The position numbers were made by a program, and so were the translations under genes. Below, piece by piece: positions 27,629 through 30,077 of a stretch of DNA of 30,077 nt. The notes under the pieces are model-generated. The model was given only the letters and a program-made list of their open reading frames with translations. It searched no databases and had not been told where the DNA came from. Numbering within the stretch: the first letter of the stretch is position 1; every line of letters begins with the position of its first letter. Origin of the DNA: Candidatus Eiseniibacteriota bacterium (GTDB lineage Bacteria; Eisenbacteria; RBG-16-71-46); assembly GCA_044222065.1 (NCBI GenBank), contig JBGAOA010000032.1, positions 19,575 to 49,651 of the forward strand, in the 5' to 3' direction.

Positions 27629-27694
27629 CGCATCGTGCGAGATGCGTCGTGCGAGGCCGAACGACGTTCAGCGTGACGCACCGTGCAAGACGCG
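27629..27694. promoter_or_regulatory. candidate enhancer (bEBP) binding sites: two copies of an 18-bp dyad
   Basis: CGCATC-GTGCGA-GATGCG (27629-27646, perfect 6-bp arms) and CGCACC-GTGCAA-GACGCG (27677-27694). The copies are 15/18 identical, 48 bp apart, and upstream of the sigma54 site. Confidence 0.4.
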
Positions 27695-27723
27695 AAGGGC
27701 GCTTTGTCGCGGGCGCGCGCGGC

Positions 27724-28812
27724 TCAGAACCAGGCGACGCGGAAGTGCTCGCGCGCCGCATCCTCGAGCACGAAACGCTCGCGCAGCGAGGATTCCACCC
27801 ACACGGTGTCCACGCCGGCCGCACCGGGGGCGACGAGGATCACGTCCAGTTCCGGATGGGCCTTCGCGATGCGCCGCGCGCCGTCGAGCCCGAGTACGAA
27901 CAGCCCGGTGTCCCACGCGTCGGCCTCCATCGCGCTGCGCGCGAGCACCGTCACCGCGATGAGTCCCTCGGCCGGGCGGCCGGTGCGCGGATCGAGGATG
28001 TGTCCGTACGTGCGGCCGTTCGCGGCGACGAACTGCTCGTACTTGCCCGAGGTCGCGATGCCGCCGCGATCGAGCGGCACGCGCGCGAAGTACGGCACGC
28101 GGTCGCGCGGATCGCGCACGCCGATGCGCCAGTGCGCAACGCCGGGAGGCGCGCCGAGGCCGCGCATGTTCCCGGACAGGTCCACGAGCGCGTCGGTGAC
28201 GCCGGCGGCCGCGAGCTTCGAGGCCGCGCGGTCCACGGCGTAGCCCTTCGCGATGCCGCCGAGGTCGATCTTCACGCCCGCCGTGTCGAAGCGGATCGAG
28301 CGTTTCGCCCCGTTCCAGCGCAGGTGACGCCATCCGACCCGGCGGAACGCGGCGGCGACCTCGTCCTCGGCGGGCACGCGCCTCGGACCGCCGAGGAATC
28401 CCCACAGCCGCACGAGCGGCTCGACCGTGATGTCCATTGCGCCCTCGCTCGCGCGCCCGACGCGCACGGCTTCGTCGAGCACGCGCGCGACTTCGCGCTC
28501 GACGACGGTCGCGCGCGTGGCGGCGACGCGGTTGATGCGCGCGACCTCGCTCGTCTCGGTCCAGTTCGTCATGAGCGAGTCCACGTACGCGAACGAGCGG
28601 TGGGCGAGGGCCGCCGCGGGCTGCGTGCGCGCGGAGTCGTCCGTCACGATCGTGACGTTCGCGTACGTGCCCATCGTGCGAATCGGGAAGGGGACCGCGC
28701 GGCGCGCAACGGCCGACCCGGCTTCCTCCGGCGGTGCGGCGGCGACGGCGGCGGCCGCGACGGCGGCGGCGAGCGCCGCGACGGCGCGGCGGCGAAGCGT
28801 GTGATCCCTCAC
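27724..28812 (-). CDS. apbE: FAD:protein FMN transferase ApbE, ~362 aa
   Basis: GTG 28812 with GAGGGAG RBS. TMGT, SEVARIN, MDITVEPLVRLWGF, IDLGGIAKGYAVD, IATSGKYEQF, HILDPRTG and ADAWDTGLFVLG. Confidence 0.95.
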   Translation of the reverse strand: MRDHTLRRRAVAALAAAVAAAAVAAAPPEEAGSAVARRAVPFPIRTMGTYANVTIVTDDSARTQPAAALAHRSFAYVDSLMTNWTETSEVARINRVAATRATVVEREVARVLDEAVRVGRASEGAMDITVEPLVRLWGFLGGPRRVPAEDEVAAAFRRVGWRHLRWNGAKRSIRFDTAGVKIDLGGIAKGYAVDRAASKLAAAGVTDALVDLSGNMRGLGAPPGVAHWRIGVRDPRDRVPYFARVPLDRGGIATSGKYEQFVAANGRTYGHILDPRTGRPAEGLIAVTVLARSAMEADAWDTGLFVLGLDGARRIAKAHPELDVILVAPGAAGVDTVWVESSLRERFVLEDAAREHFRVAWF

Positions 28813-29057
28813 GTCCGACTCCCTCGTTTCGGTGCGCGCCGCTCGACCGCGGCCGGGCCCGCCCGCGCGGGCCGCGGCGCATCCTAGCACCCCGCCCGGC
28901 GGCTCCGGTCCGTCCGCAGCCCCACCTCTTATAGAGGAGCAGCCGCCGGCGAGGGCCCCGGGGACTCAGGTTCGCGGGGTGCGCGCCGAGACTCGGGGCT
29001 GACCGGTCGCGCCCCGACCTTGCCCGGGGCGTTCTTCGTCTGCCATCGGAGGGCCAC

Positions 29058-30077
29058 GTGATCGACTCGCTCCTCAAGCGGCTGAGCGCGGTGTTGAAGA
29101 AGCCCGCCGAGACTCCCGCGCCGTCCGACCCGAACCTCACGGCGTTCGACGTCTCGGCGCTCGCCTCGGCCCGGCCCGAGCCGGAGGCGCTCCGTGCGCC
29201 TTCGCCCGAGCCGGCGCGGATCGCGCCGCCCGCGCTCGCGCAACTCGACGAGACCGCGGTCCGCACCCGCCTCAAGTCCGAGCTGCACCTGCGCTACCTG
29301 AGCCTGATCGAGCACCTGCCGCCGCCGATGCAGGTGACGGACGTGCCGGCCGTGCTCAACTCGCTGCTCGACGAGGGCGAGTCGGCGATCCGCCAGCCTC
29401 CGATCGCCGCCCAGCGCGCCCTGAGCGCGGCGCGGCGCGAGGACGTGAACCGCGACCAGCTCGTGGACCTGGTCTCGAACGACCCGGGTCTCGCGCAGGA
29501 ACTGCTCAAGGCGGCGAACAGCGCGTTCTACGCGGTGCCGGACCAGCCCGTCGTGTCGCTCGATGCGGCCGTCGGCCGCGTCGGCACGCGCGGCGTCGAG
29601 AACGTCGTGCTCTCGCATCTCTTCGGCAGCACGTTCTGCAAGCCCGGCGCGGCCTACGAGACGCTCGTGCGTCAGGTGTGGAACCACATGGTGCGCTCCG
29701 CGCCGATCGCGCGGCGCCTCGCGCCTTCGTACGGGCTCGACCCCGAGTACGCGTTCTCGCTCGGACTACTGCACGACGCGGGCAAGCTCGTGCTGTTCGA
29801 GCGCATCTCGCAGTTCCGCCACGCGTGGCGGCGCGAGGTCAACGTGCCGCAGCACTTCCTGCTGTGGGCGCTGCGCAAGCTGCACGAGCCCGTCAGCGGG
29901 CTCGCGGCGCTCGAGTGGGGGCTCGGACACGAGGCGGCGTGGGCGATCGCGCACCATCATCGCGACCCTGCGCCCGCGGGCGCCGACCCGGCGAGCGAAG
30001 TGCTGTTCCTCGCCGAACGGCTCGACCTCGCGCAGATGCGGGGCACGACGCCGGATCTCGCGGCGTGGTGGAGCGAG
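29058..30077 (+). CDS. HDOD domain protein (3' end outside window; absent from the ORF track)
   Basis: GGAGGG RBS then GTG at 29058. Open frame to the window end with NDPGLAQELLKAANSAFY, SLDAAVGRVG, VWNHMVRSA, LGLLHDAGKL and AIAHHH. Confidence 0.88.
   Translation, partial: MIDSLLKRLSAVLKKPAETPAPSDPNLTAFDVSALASARPEPEALRAPSPEPARIAPPALAQLDETAVRTRLKSELHLRYLSLIEHLPPPMQVTDVPAVLNSLLDEGESAIRQPPIAAQRALSAARREDVNRDQLVDLVSNDPGLAQELLKAANSAFYAVPDQPVVSLDAAVGRVGTRGVENVVLSHLFGSTFCKPGAAYETLVRQVWNHMVRSAPIARRLAPSYGLDPEYAFSLGLLHDAGKLVLFERISQFRHAWRREVNVPQHFLLWALRKLHEPVSGLAALEWGLGHEAAWAIAHHHRDPAPAGADPASEVLFLAERLDLAQMRGTTPDLAAWWSE

Noticed and set aside
124..28887. Many long plus-strand ORFs (e.g. 124-2379, 11267-16465, 24098-26068, 27334-28887)
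   Set aside because: They are Arg/Ala-rich antisense shadows of motif-bearing minus-strand genes, as expected at this GC content, and have no recognisable domains.
1..30077. CRISPR arrays, tRNA/rRNA genes, transposases, prophage or defence genes
   Set aside because: No regularly spaced repeats or recognisable motifs were seen. GCG/CGC runs reflect Ala/Arg codons.

Overview
Very GC-rich bacterial DNA, roughly 70%+ by eye. The FlgD-Ig C-terminal domain and GC content would fit Candidatus Eisenbacteria or a related FCB-group lineage, but that is inference. Almost all real genes are on the minus strand and tightly coupled by ATGA/GTGA overlaps. Several ORF-track starts are wrong and the long plus-strand ORFs are shadows. 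Left to right the window holds: (1) a ~123-bp MITE-like inverted-repeat element; (2) a divergent 3-hydroxyacyl-CoA dehydrogenase/enoyl-CoA hydratase, a thiolase with non-canonical motifs, and a proline dehydrogenase; (3) a membrane PAS histidine kinase with REC-HDOD and REC-degenerate-HD regulators; (4) an ~18-kb, 16-gene envelope operon (27313 to 9296) behind a sigma54-type promoter; (5) apbE, then a divergent HDOD gene cut by the window edge. The operon joins a redox module (CX5CH cytochrome-like lipoprotein, HzsA-related di-haem lipoprotein, TlpA, DUF4266, DUF3570 barrel, with ApbE next door) to several outer-membrane barrels and a Glt-like core (giant TPR, TPR, GltF-like, GltG/AgmX-PglI TonB-C). 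It has no MotA/TolQ-ExbD motor genes. This operon is the best candidate for an undescribed system. Two dense indel patches (~16000-16500 and ~19290-19800) look like sequencing errors. All family calls come from motif recognition, not database searches.
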